From Iphione sp. A-MEVVRFRX5 (lineage: Eukaryota), in contig OZ320313.1 in assembly GCA_976226885.1 (NCBI GenBank), positions 113,088,001 through 113,152,000 of the forward strand: a DNA stretch of 64,000 nucleotides, given 5' to 3'. A program made the position numbers and the translations under genes. Position 1 is the first letter of the stretch; each line of letters starts with the position of its first letter. Positions 26,703-38,642 of the stretch are shown piece by piece. The notes under the pieces are model-generated. The model was not told the origin of the DNA. It searched no databases and was given only the letters and a program-made list of their open reading frames with translations.

Positions 26703-29700
26703 GTTAGTATGTTCAAATTGAATTACTGGAACACAAAAGAAATTCTGTCAGGTAAAATAACTCTTACTCGTGTGGCGCATCAAATCGAATTTTTCTTTGT
26801 CAGTCACCTGATTCTCAAGTTATTTCTTCATAAAAGCATGATAATTAATTCACACATTCTAGCGTTTCTTGTGACGAATCACACGCACGAATCGATGGTG
26901 CTCAATGGAATTATCCGTTTTATTATTTACAGACATGATAACTTCAGTTTCGGTACGAGTGTCTTTTCTGATATTTATTTCAGCGATTGAAAAGCATTCC
27001 CCAGTTTTTAAACAGCCAACCCATTGAAGGCAGAGGGTGCAGTAGGTGTGCACGTAAAATTTTCATAAGATACATGTAGTTGTCCATGCATGTTTGATCT
27101 CCGTTTTCCCTATTTTTAGAGCATTGCATGCTTTTACGTTGTGCTTTATGTGAAGGAAAACGTGAGCACATGGCTGGTAACACCCCCAAACAACACTTGT
27201 AATCAATAACCGCCTCCTCTCCTTAGCGCGATTGAGAATAATTCAACTCTACAAGGAAAAGGGAATATGTAAATATTTCATGTTCATGTCCCTACTTACT
27301 TATGTTAGGGGATCACTTTTTCCTGATCGTAAATGTGTGACTGTAAATGTAACGTATGTTGACCCTTTCAACTTGTACGCTGAATGTTTATACCATTTAT
27401 ATACCTTAATGTTTACCTTTTAATTGTTATTATTTTCCCCGTGGATTGCAACTATGAATCCATTTAAACAAGTCATAAGGATTGTAACTATTTTGGTTAA
27501 AACACGGCCCTAAATGTAGAAATTGTGGATTTGGGGGAAGGCATTCGTTTTGATGTCATGGCTTTGATAATATGACCTCAGATAAAGTCATGTTGATAAT
27601 TTCTTTGGGTTCATGATTTTATCATTTGGCAACAGTCGACATAGTCCGCGAGTTAAATTTTAGGTGGCGGATAGTTTTGTTTGTGTATATTAAAGTTCGT
27701 TTATTGCACATACATTGCTTAAGCAACTGCGATAGCTCCAAGTAGTTGATATTAGAAAATTGATTGTAGGAGAGAATGTCATTAGGCCTTTGTAGACATT
27801 AGATACAGAGGAGGTCATTAATTTTCATTCTGTTATTCTGTCTTGTGTGTGGGTGTAATATCTTCTCAAAAACAAATTCGGTTCGAGTATCTTGACATCC
27901 CGTCGTAAAGATTTTTTTTTGGAAAGGTAGTTTCATGCTATGAACTTGAGAGAGAGGTAAAGGGATGGAGCAACCGGATCCTGTGAAGCCACCAGCCATC
28001 GTCAAGTGGTGGACTTTGGGTCGGCGCTGCTCACATTAAATCTGCCCGGTTTAACTCGCTTCCTGGACGTAACGGATTATCGGCCCAACACATTTGCCAA
28101 GTGAACTAACCGCCCCACATAAAGTCTGTATACATGTATGTGCACATGCAAATGCAGTTCGTGCTTCTAAATGTTTGTGGACGTATCACATAGAATCGCA
28201 CAATATGACGGCAGAGCGAAGACAGGAAGTTAGAAAAACAGCATCAACTGACCCATCTGCTCTCTTAAAGTAGCAGTCGAGTCCTTTGGAGGCGGAAGAA
28301 CGTAGTGACTATCAAAACTCTTACCAAACGGTTTGATTGAGTGGAACTTGAGAAATTAGGGCACCTCCCGGACGGGCCATTATTGTCCCAGTTTCTGATC
28401 CCTGAGAAATAAAGGGGGGGGGGGGAAACATTTTTTGTCTGCCTCGGCCTGACCATATTCCTGATCTGTTTTACTGGTTGCGTTCCACTTCATATGTATT
28501 CGTTTTTCAAAACGGGAAAGGATAATCCTGAAACGCACTGACAAACAATTATGTATCCTTGTGTGCATTGTATGGAACGTTAGATCGAATGTGGCTAAAT
28601 CGTTTTTTATTATAAGTGATCCAAATTGACGAGTTTCCCGATTTCATCGCAGTTACGCTAGTATAGTATATGACAGAATATGACGTCAGTGTCTCCGAAC
28701 CGCCAAGTTACATCATACAGATTACAATAGAGAATCATAAAGTAGTTCGGACATGAGATTAAATGCTGTGTAACAATAGCATAAGCCAACCGATGATTTT
28801 CAGGAAACAATTCCTTGAATGGAATCAACAGAACTAAATGGGCGAGTCGTTTCGAGGTCATTCATTGTCGTTAAACACTGTACCTGTATGTATCTCAACA
28901 GACTGCTCGATAGAGGTACTAAGGTAATATCATTTTATTGTCAAATATAAATTATATTTGATATCTTTCTTATGCCCACGTGAAGGTTGCTTCATACAAA
29001 GTGCTGGTGAAACGTCACGCGTCGTTGATGTGTAATTCCACATTTCCGTCACTGGTGTAGCTTTTTTTTCTGCTTGTTTGATAAATACAGTCGCCCATGT
29101 TTTTGAAGATGGCTCTGACTTAATTCAAATATATAAGCCTGCCGCCAATTTTGGAAATTTCACTTTGAACAAAATTGCTACCATATTAATGTGGTGCTTT
29201 GTTTTATCCTCTGGCTGACCAGTAACGCGGGCAGACCAAGATAAGAACAGCCTGTGATCCAGGTTGCGTTTTCACGTGCAAAAAAAATCACCGATCGACG
29301 TATTGTGAAAGGTAAACGGATGCACTTTAAAGATAAGAAGTTCAATTTTCGCATGTGGAAACTGGTGTGATATGGGGAGCCAGTGCCAAAGAGGAGTACA
29401 GGTAAACCTCCATTAACGAAGTATTTTCATTGACAACGTCATTGTGGGAAACTTCACTATCGGAGGATGGCCATTTCAGGCTGCATTTTCAATGCTTTTG
29501 ATTTGATATTTATTAAAATATGATATTTGGTTCTAGAACTGTATGTCCCTAATCGACCCAGTGAATACGTGTAAAACTCTTTATAAAAGTGGCCTGAGGC
29601 CACACAATTTCAGTAGAAAATCAACTTAGTTATAAAGGGGCTTCGGTCTCTAAGGTATACAGAATAGCAAGAGAGAAGAGAGTTTGTAGTGTTTATTTTT

Positions 29701-30137
29701 AAAAATGGTGTACGAACCGGCATCGTGTGCAAATAGAATGAACCAAGATGAAGCAAGCCATACCTTTGAGCTCCTGAAGGAGTATCGTCCCTAGGATTGA
29801 CATTGGTCGACTGAGGATCCATGACGTCTGCTGATTTATATTTGATATTTGCTTGCGCAGGATTCAGCGAGTTGTGTTCTAATCGGAGATGGTATCATAA
29901 TAGGAATGATGCCGTCTTCACTGTTAGAAAACTGTCTCGGCCGTAGCGGAGCTGATAAGCACTTCTAATTCACACCAAATCCCCGTACGAAGATTGGAGT
30001 GCCCAGCATGGATGCTGCCATCGAACTGATACCTTTCCAAGTTGATGCTTGGAGATTTCCGCCCGCATGCCACTGCTGAAAACGGCCCGCAGGTTCGTCG
30101 TCCTTTCAGCCTCAGTTCAGCAATGCATGGCTCTCAT

Positions 30138-30318
30138 GCAGGAAGAGGTCTGGAGGTGCACATTTTCCTGAAATAAACGTGTGGCAGCTGGGATGTATGC
30201 ACTGATTGAAAGTACTTTTAGTACCTGGTGAAACATCTTATCAATATTCGTGGTGGTCATCATGTAAAGAGAAGAAATCTGCATCACTAATAATGCCAGT
30301 GACGCTAACCAGTGTATT
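30138..30318 (-). mobile_element. Highly decayed BEL/Pao LTR-retrotransposon RT remnant
   Basis: NIDKMFHQV resembles the BEL/Pao ADIEKMFHQV motif, FQENVHLQTSSC resembles YxMxVHLFGATSSP, and NTLVSV lies upstream in another frame. Spacing is shorter than expected. Confidence 0.3.
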
Positions 30319-31627
30319 GACATATGTTGCAGTTGCTTTCACTGAGAAGCCTCAGTATTCAAGTTTATTTTTCTCTATGTAAGCCGATTCTGTCGATCGA
30401 ACATCACTCCTTGAAACGCAGTGAGTTTTGTTCCCTTCTACATGCGGGGATTCTATTGCCAAATGCATAACCGGCCCCAAGTCTGGGGCACATGTATATA
30501 TTATATATATGCCATCATTGACTACTAGGTGCTGATGTACCACTTACTGCCCAACTATCGAAGTGTTCGATGATTTTAGTAATTTATATTATGTGACCAT
30601 TTTGCTGTGGCCATTTGATGCGTTGATCATTTGAAGCTATTGCCAAGAAATGGATAGGGACATTCGGAAATTTAGGAAAGGTACTCTCTCTAGCTTACTC
30701 GATCTCCGAATAGAACGACTTCGCTTAACCCAGAACGGAACTTCCAGAGGTGGTTCACGACACTGCTCGTCACATTTGGCAGTATCACTTGGCGAAGGAT
30801 TTTTTTCCCCCTTTCACTGGTTTGAGTGTGACGATGGGATGGGTGGCTAGACGAACGTGCTCGTCGGAGCAGGGGACCGTTCCACTAACCCATTGTACGC
30901 CGTGTGCATCTAGTACACGTTTAAGCTGCTCGTATCGCGCGACAAGAAACCCAAACGTCCCGACAAGTGCAGGGATCCCAGGCTCGGAAGCTCGACAAGC
31001 AAGGTTGTAAGTGGTATGAATATAGCGGATCGTCAGTGTGAATTTATCGAACGTAGTCATTAGAAAGCATGTGTCTTGTATGGAATCAAATACGTTCTCT
31101 TGACGGAAGCTACTGTTTATACCGAATGGTTAGGTTCGGAATCTGAACATCCTTTAACGACGCTTTAGATCCTGTGCTTGTGTTGTTCCCTTATAAAAGA
31201 GGTAGTGTCACGCATGTCCCACTAATGAAGCAGGTTGCAGCTTGATGTATTCATCGTGTGTACGTGTATGCTGTCAATTTAGACGGGACGAAGAGTGGTT
31301 GGAATTCTTGCAACATTAATTTTCAAAGAGCATGTACATGTATATTCATTATCATTAAATTATTTGCTGCAAAAGTGAAACGAAGTTATGCGTGAACACA
31401 TCCAAGGTCGTGTCGAGCAGTTGCCGATTATGTTACGACGAAATTATCGCATCTTTCTGTACAGCGAGATGGTCTCACTCTTTACTTATATGTGAATAGG
31501 GGGAATACTTGCGTTTAAAACCTGCGTGTAGCGTTTGGTTCGATTTCAGCGAAAATAGCCCATGTTAAGAGATTACTCCATTTAAAGGGAAACGTAGTAT
31601 GTTCCGGCCAATCGTTACCTTTATCGT

Positions 31628-31785
31628 CTCAGTACCTCAGCATTATATTTTTTGAGTTGTATCAGGGGCTAAGATCAGAGTAAGAGGAACATGATGTATG
31701 TAAGTTATCTCAATACCTCAGCATTATACTTCTTGAATTGTATAAGCAGTAAGAATCAGCATAAGAAGAACATAAAGTATATTAC
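31628..31785. repeat. Diverged tandem duplication, about 81 bp
   Basis: ctcagtacctcagcattata... at 31628 and ctcaatacctcagcattata... at 31709. Confidence 0.7.
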
Positions 31786-32505
31786 GTCGTCTCCGTCCCT
31801 AAACACATTTTTTTTTATTTATGTACGGAGTTCGAAGAACATGATGAAAGAAATTTGTTAACTGCGGTGCATCCTTGTGTAGAATGTGCATTTTTTGGTC
31901 GGTCGGCAGTTTTAAGGCAGTAGTGCTCATGTTTTACACCCACATGTCCCGAAGGCCAGTAGCATGTAAAACCTACTTCAGAAAATTTAACTGAAAAACC
32001 TGCCCTCCCTATTGCATCAGTTGTTGGATATGAGATAGTGCCAGTGTCCAGACTGACAGCACGTAGCTTATTTTCCCAGCTAACTTATAAAGTGTAAACG
32101 TCGTTTTCTCCTTATTGTGTACTTTTCATGCATCGTGTACCTGCTCGTATGTATACCATATGTATATTTATATTAAAACAGTCTATGTTGTCTTTTAAAG
32201 TTGACAATGAGAATCTACCACTAGTGGTAAAATAAAATTCGGTGAAGATGATCATGATTATGCTTTCATTTAGTGTGCCCAGTGAGACATCTGCTTTCAT
32301 ATGCCTAGTAACCAGCTCAAATATTACTGATTTTTATTCCTCAGTTCGCTTGTCTAGGCGAGATGGTAAAATATATAGGATGGAAACAAGTGATGCAATA
32401 TAAGTGTCAAACAGTTCGTTTATAATGACATATATATCTTATCTATAGATCATAATGCCATTTTGCACTTCGCTATGAGTAGGATGCATTTCCTCTGTGT
32501 TGCAG

Positions 32506-32648
32506 CACAAGGGAGTACCCTATTGTAACGTGCCCTGTTACGGCGTGCTGTTCGGGCCCACCATGTACGGCCATGGCTCACCGGTCGAAGCCCACCGCAG
32601 TTTCGGTCGCCCTTCTCTTCGTAGCCCGAAGGAGTCGCCAGTCAAAAA
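32506..32648 (+). CDS. RASSF2/4/6-like: LIM-RASSF exon 3 (HKGVPYCNVPCYGVLFGPTMYGHGSPVEAHRSFG...SPVK)
   Basis: Acceptor ttgcag|, phase-2 donor AA|GTTAGT; completes the CRIP-type LIM (CNxPCY) and its Gly-rich FGP tail. Confidence 0.9.
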
Positions 32649-33084
32649 GTTAGTATCTGACATCTCAAAGCGGTTGTTATGGATTAAGCCAAGAGTTTAA
32701 AGCGTGCTGCATCTTGTATCTGCTTGTATATACATACTGTACAGTCAACCTTCGTCAACCGGATTTTTTGGTAACTTTAAGTTAGTCTGGTTGAGAAGAG
32801 AATCCGGAGTTGGAGGGAAATTACATTGATTCGTTGCCTCAGGTCATACTTCATTTGCTCCGGAAAACGAGGGAATTTGGTTGTTGAGGAGCCAGAAGAC
32901 GGAGGAGGAGACACCAGCAATGCAATACTACTTGTGATGATAACATCTTTATACAACCTATATAAAACCGTGCCCGAGAGTAGTACCGGCCAGTGTAATA
33001 GCGGAAATATCATGAGAGTTTACAAGATGTAATAATCACCACCCCTCTGTGTCCAGTTAAGCAGAACTAAAGGTTGTACAATCC

Positions 33085-33220
33085 TTCCTCTGCCTCTGTC
33101 TCTTTATCTTCCCCTCGTTCTCTCTCGCTCCCTCTCTTTCTGTCTCTAACTCTCCTTATCCCTGCCCCCCTCTCTCTCTGTCTCTCTCTCTCTCTCTCTC
33201 TTCCCCTCTCTTTCTATCTC
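33085..33220. repeat. CT-rich low-complexity tract / (CT)n
   Basis: Direct inspection. Confidence 0.85.
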
Positions 33221-33399
33221 CTAGGCCCAGTTTCCATACATGCGGCGATGTGAGTGTGCAATTCTGTGCGGTATTATCAGTATATAGGCTTAAAGTGGGA
33301 TCGTTTCCATACCTGCGGTGGCTGTCCGTGTGCGTTGACCTGCATTGCCCATTTTTGGACCAGGACCATAAATTTGCAGCAAACACAGGTCAATACAGG

Positions 33400-33640
33400 G
33401 CAATGCACTGGTATTTGCTCATATTTACTCACTTTTACTCACTTTTAGACAGGAGAGCACTGTATTGCACATTTCCGCAGTGTTTTTCTGGTTGTTTTCC
33501 ACATATTTTAGCCATTTTCAGGCCCATTTCCACATAACTTGAGGTGTTTAGGCCTATTTTCCATGAATTTCGCCATTTTTTGACCCATTTTCCATGGAAT
33601 ATGCTTGTTTTTAGTGTTTTTTGCCATTTTTGAGATCATT
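33400..33640. repeat. Degenerate A/T-tract minisatellite, about 30-bp period, near the gap
   Basis: ttccacata / ttttccatg units at about 33496, 33528, 33557 and 33588. Confidence 0.55.
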
Positions 33641-33780
33641 TCCCTTGATTCATGCACTGAATCGCACAAAGATATGGAACACCCCTGTGTGTTGCCATGG
33701 GGTAAAGGTACAACGCAGACCAATGCACTGTGAATGCACGAAGACCTCTGCCGCATGTCGCCACAGACCAACGCATTTAA

Positions 33781-33948
33781 NNNNNNNNNNNNNNNNNNNN
33801 NNNNNNNNNNNNNNNNNNNNNNNNNNNNNNNNNNNNNNNNNNNNNNNNNNNNNNNNNNNNNNNNNNNNNNNNNNNNNNNNNNNNNNNNNNNNNNNNNNNN
33901 NNNNNNNNNNNNNNNNNNNNNNNNNNNNNNNNNNNNNNNNNNNNNNNN
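33781..33948. other. Assembly gap (N run)
   Basis: Ns in the sequence. Confidence 1.
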
Positions 33949-35959
33949 AAACGACTCTCTAGCGCCAGATATGGACATCGGGCTTTAGTGACAGATTTGT
34001 TGCCAGAAAGTCAGTAAAGGTTGCAGTTATGCCAACGTAGTGAGGACTACCTTAAGGTGTTCCAACAGGTCTAAACTGGGTGACTGCTAGACTAAAAGTG
34101 AGTATCCAAGATGGCTGACTGTTCTGGCACCACTGGACTGTATCTCAGTTAGACACCTGTGTCCTTATCCTGTCTTTATCCTTATCAAGATCACATTTCA
34201 CTAGTAAGTTCATGTAACCCACTAATTCTAAAATATGCCTCGTAAGTAGACTATCCAAGTGCATCGCGTTTGTTCATTTGTAAGAAGAAACCACTGCATT
34301 CAGGACGGACAGGAGTCCTCTTGACCGGACGTTGAAAAGAGGCATTCATCTGACTGATGCTGTTGCAAACGTGGTTTTATTGTGAAAATGCTGGAATTGC
34401 TCAACTAGAGTCGCCGTGAGTCATATCCGGAGTCAATAACCCAACTGATTGGTAATATCCGAGTTGTGCGTAGAATATGAGGTGCTGACTCAGAGTGCCC
34501 TGACATACTGACGGCCACCAGTCGCTGGTAGAACCACCTGTTTACGCCTTGTGCAGTAGACTAGATGAATCAGCTCTAGTGCCACACGCATATACTCACA
34601 AACACACGCACGTGTGACTTCAGGAAGGAAGAAGGAAGGAGGAAACGATTACAGAATTTTATTCCATTAGTTAAAACATACCATAAGTGACCATTGTTAT
34701 GTTTGGTAGAAAATGCAAACGTATTGTAGATATTTTAACACGTTTTACCCTTGAGGATTATTGGTCTACCATACCCAGGAAAACTGTTGAAGAGATCTAG
34801 ATACATCAGGGGAAACGTAACTTAATATGAAAAAGAAGGACCTACAAGCTCTGTTGTCCCCCGCCCGGTGTTCAGTTAAGTGGAACCAGTGGTTACTGCC
34901 TGGGTGAGCATGTACATGTATACAGCTCTATATTCTTTCTTATACACGTGTAATGAGTGTTTTCCTAATTTCTGTTAGATGTACTTAAAATTATTTGAAT
35001 TATGAAAACCGGTCAGTAGCAAGCATCAGTATACCAGAATACCAGATCAAGAAATTGTTCAATGTGACTCAGTAGTTTAGGAGGAGATAGACTCAAAAGA
35101 TTGTGATTGAGGGTCAGATGGTCGGACAACAGCATTCCTAGGTCTCTAGGTAGCCTTCTTGTATCCCACCTGATAGAGAGTTGCAGGACACAAAGGCCAA
35201 CATATCATTCATCAAGGGAACAGACAAAATGCAGTATTCAGCAACATTACCCTGGTGTTCCTGCATTACGCTAGGTGACGTGGAAGTGAGATAAATGCAA
35301 CTGTTGTAAACCGTGGCCTCATAATACCTTAGGCCGCCGCCAGTGTAACAGGGAAGGTTTATTGGACATTAAAAGTGAATAATGAGATTACTTATCATGG
35401 AATTTATCACGATTCCCCTTTTTTTCGAAGCCAAAAAACTTCAAGAGTTCTTATCATAAGTTAGACAATGGGAGGAAGAGTATTGTATTCACAGAAGTCT
35501 GAAAATGGAAAAAAGACACAAACTAAACAATGTGTACATGTAGATGGACGGGGGGCATCAAAAAGTCTTCCTTCAGAAGCTGATACTTCCGATACATCAT
35601 ATGGTCCTTAGTTTTATTTTTTATTATACTTTTATACTTTTTTAAAGTCAGCTTTGATAGTTTTGTCAACACTACGATGGCGGAGCTGACAGTTTGTAGA
35701 GCTCTAGTACATTTGGGAAAAAAAGGTGAATGAATTTCTCATAACTCTCAGTTGTATCCAACATGTTACAGACATTCTAAACCAGCTATTTATTTTCATT
35801 GCCCTGTCGTCTTATTTGTCCATCTTTTCCTCCTCGTCGTTTATTACACATATGCAAATTTACACATGTACATACATACGTGTAAATGTGTAATAAATAT
35901 ATAAACATGACTGTTAGGGGGCGGCGGGAGGGAGGCAGAGACAAAAACACGCACTTCGT

Positions 35960-36063
35960 CACACACACGCGCGCACACATCGACGGATACACACATACAC
36001 GCGAGCGTGAGTGCGCGCGCACGCTCGCGCACGCTCGCGCGCACACACACACACACACACACA
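35960..36063. repeat. Mixed (CA)/(CG) alternating purine-pyrimidine tract
   Basis: acacacacgcgcgcacac...gtgcgcgcgcacgctcgcgcacgctcgcgcgcacacacac. Confidence 0.85.
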
Positions 36064-37197
36064 TATGAGCCTGTAAAAAAAAGTGTGGTGAGTCAGCCAG
36101 CTTATGTACATCGTCAGTATCAGTCACTTACGTGATTCACTTTCACTTACTGCAAGTAACGGGTTCTATTTGTTTTTTTTTCTTAACCCATGGAAACGGC
36201 CCCTCCGATAACAGCACATTCCAAGCTGCCTATCAGATAGCCACAGCTGTTGCAGTCTCAACTGCGCCCTGGAAACAGACCTGCTTTTTTGGCTAGTCAA
36301 ATACCTAAGGAAACAGGCTATAGTGATCATCATTCAGTGCACTGGTCGACCCTGCAGACCCAGCGCGGAACACTTTGGTTTTATCTGTGCACGTTATTTA
36401 TGCAATGACAATCCTTATGTTACTATTATTGATCCATCTATGGACTATTCAATATAATATTATTGTTTGTGGCCATCCAGTTTAAGCAACGCTCCGTTTA
36501 TATTTATATATCCTGTACCTGTGGTACGCCCAGATAACGGGAAAAGTTAGTCCTGCGATTAGCCGCCAGATGGGCTGGCGAGCTGCTCCTGTCACAGATA
36601 GCGTAGGCATCCACGTGGCCTAGATTGATGCACTGAGCGTATGGGCTTCCTCCTCCTTCCCATGAGTTGCTCTATGTGTGATGTGGCTGAAGTAAACGTG
36701 CAGACGCCTTCACTTTCACTATGAAATTTGTTTTTTTAGCATCACTTATATGCCAGCAGCAGATAATGATATTGAGCTGTATTCCGGACTACATTACTAC
36801 CTGCAGGCCGAGTATAACTCAGCCCATATTTGAGCTTGTCCCGTTTGTGAAATTAGTCCTGGCGAGGTGAACAGGACGCTATGTCAAAGGAGTTTATAAA
36901 GACATTCAGAGGAGCTCGACTGCCGCACATTTGAGTTATATTTTCTGTGTTAAGGTGTGGATGTACTTTCCATTTTGACCAGGGCAGGGAGTCTTGTTTC
37001 AGTGAACTACTTCGAAGAAAGAAGACGTAGCAGGTGGAATGTTTCAAAGTTACTGCAGTGTTTGAGTCTCATTCACCAGAGATATCTGGTTGCGGGACCT
37101 TAGGTGAATGTTTGCCTTTAGCTTGCGTCATTAATGTACTTGGAGGCACGCGACTGCTCGGCTACAAGTCTTCTCCTGATAGACTTGGCGAGTTCGA

Positions 37198-37210
37198 CGC
37201 CAGGTGGCGC
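37198..37210 (+). promoter_or_regulatory. CTCF-like motif upstream of the internal RASSF first exon
   Basis: CGCCAGGTGGCGC fits the CTCF core. Motif match only. Confidence 0.3.
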
Positions 37211-38058
37211 AGCGGAGGCGGTCCGTCTGAGCGGCGGTCGATACGACCGTGTAGCCCAGGGCTGCACGCTGGCGAGTCTACTACCATCAGTGCTCACTGC
37301 CTCGGGCGGGAAGGTGGCCCTCTGGTCATACTCACCAGCCCTCGCCAGAGTACTGCTGGAGTCCGGAGACCTGGAGATCTTCACCAGGACATCGTGTGAA
37401 GCGCGTCCTAATATCGACAAGTTGGTTCTGCGTGGATTTAGTTCTTTATATACATGTTATATATACATGTATATCCCGGACTAGGCGTTCGCCCATCACC
37501 ACCATAAATCCGTGTGTACATTGTGAGAAGTTTCCTGGTGTGCTGCGCACATCTCTCTCCCCACGGAGGCGTGCCAGGGGATCACGTCCAGTTCAGGGTG
37601 GAAGGTGTAAACTTGGACCCACTGACGGCAGACGGTACACCTATGCCCTTTCAGGCCGTCCAGGAGTAGGCACGTAGCAGCTAAAATATCGGCAGTTCAG
37701 GCTGAGACAGATAACTGCGTCACTGCTTTCATCTGCATACATACATAGGGAGACCGAGTCGGCTCTGCTTTTTTAAACGACCCACCGGTGGAGGTTTTTA
37801 GCGAGCTGACTTTAAAAGCTGCTCCGTGTAGCAGCGACCCACGCGAGGAGAGACGACCCTCACCAGGTCGAGATTAACTCTTTCACGATTGGCGATGCGT
37901 AGTTCCCATGGATAAACTGGATACATTCCCCGTGGAGTGATCTGCCTTTTGTCACGGATAAGATAAATAACCTGACTGACTGAGAGCGTGCATTGTACAC
38001 AGGTACTCCGGGAGTGGTCGTTGCGGTGACCTCAGGTGTAAGGATTTACGGCAGCAAG

Positions 38059-38117
38059 ATGACGTACCCGCACGAGAAGTTGACCATTCTGGTGGCGAGG
38101 GACAGATATATTTGGCT
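38059..38117 (+). CDS. RASSF2/4/6-like: Alternative internal first coding exon of RASSF (MTYPHEKLTILVARDRYIW-L), giving a LIM-less 316-aa isoform
   Basis: aagATG start; phase-2 donor CT|GTATGT joins exon 4 in frame. Aligns without gaps to my recollection of human RASSF2 MDYSHQTSLVPCGQDKYISK. Confidence 0.7.
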
Positions 38118-38569
38118 GTATGTATTACATTTACAGGGCGATGTCATATTTACCAACTGGGGGATCTCTCCCGGGTGTTTGTTGAGTTTGCAGAATTCCA
38201 GGTGTTTTTATTAAGTCGCTTGTATGTGAGACGGCAAAGAGTAATACGCATAGTTGTCTGGCTATGATTGAAATATGTCTCGAGTGATACATTATTGTTT
38301 CTTTATCCATCATTGTATACTGGAGTTGTTTTATATGCGTGAAAGATAATTTTCTTTATACCAGCTGCCCGACATTTACTCGCCTGGTTACCGCGCGATG
38401 CTTTTTTTTAAATATAAAAGTGTAGGATGACACCCAACAACAGAGTTTTCATTGGTAGGCGTCATTTTGTGACGCTTCAAGCTACATGTTCTTCATACAT
38501 ATCGTGCATATATGACAAGGTTTGACTTTCTGCAGAACCCGAATTCTAATTGTCTTATTTCTTCCCCAG

Positions 38570-38642
38570 ATCGGACCTGGAGACGAAACTGAAAGCGTAC
38601 AACGCGTACCACGAGGGCCGCTCACAAGTAACATCCCGAGAG
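38570..38642 (+). CDS. RASSF2/4/6-like: RASSF exon 4 (SDLETKLKAYNAYHEGRSQVTSRE)
   Basis: cttccccag| acceptor, GAG|GTACGT donor; cf. RASSF2/4 ELLxxLKTYNxYxEG...HRE. Confidence 0.92.

Noticed and set aside
28975-29025. GAAACGTC resembling a Penelope-like terminal repeat
   Set aside because: No CUGANGA core upstream.
19806-33988. ORFs spanning N runs or microsatellites
   Set aside because: Artefacts of gaps and simple repeats.
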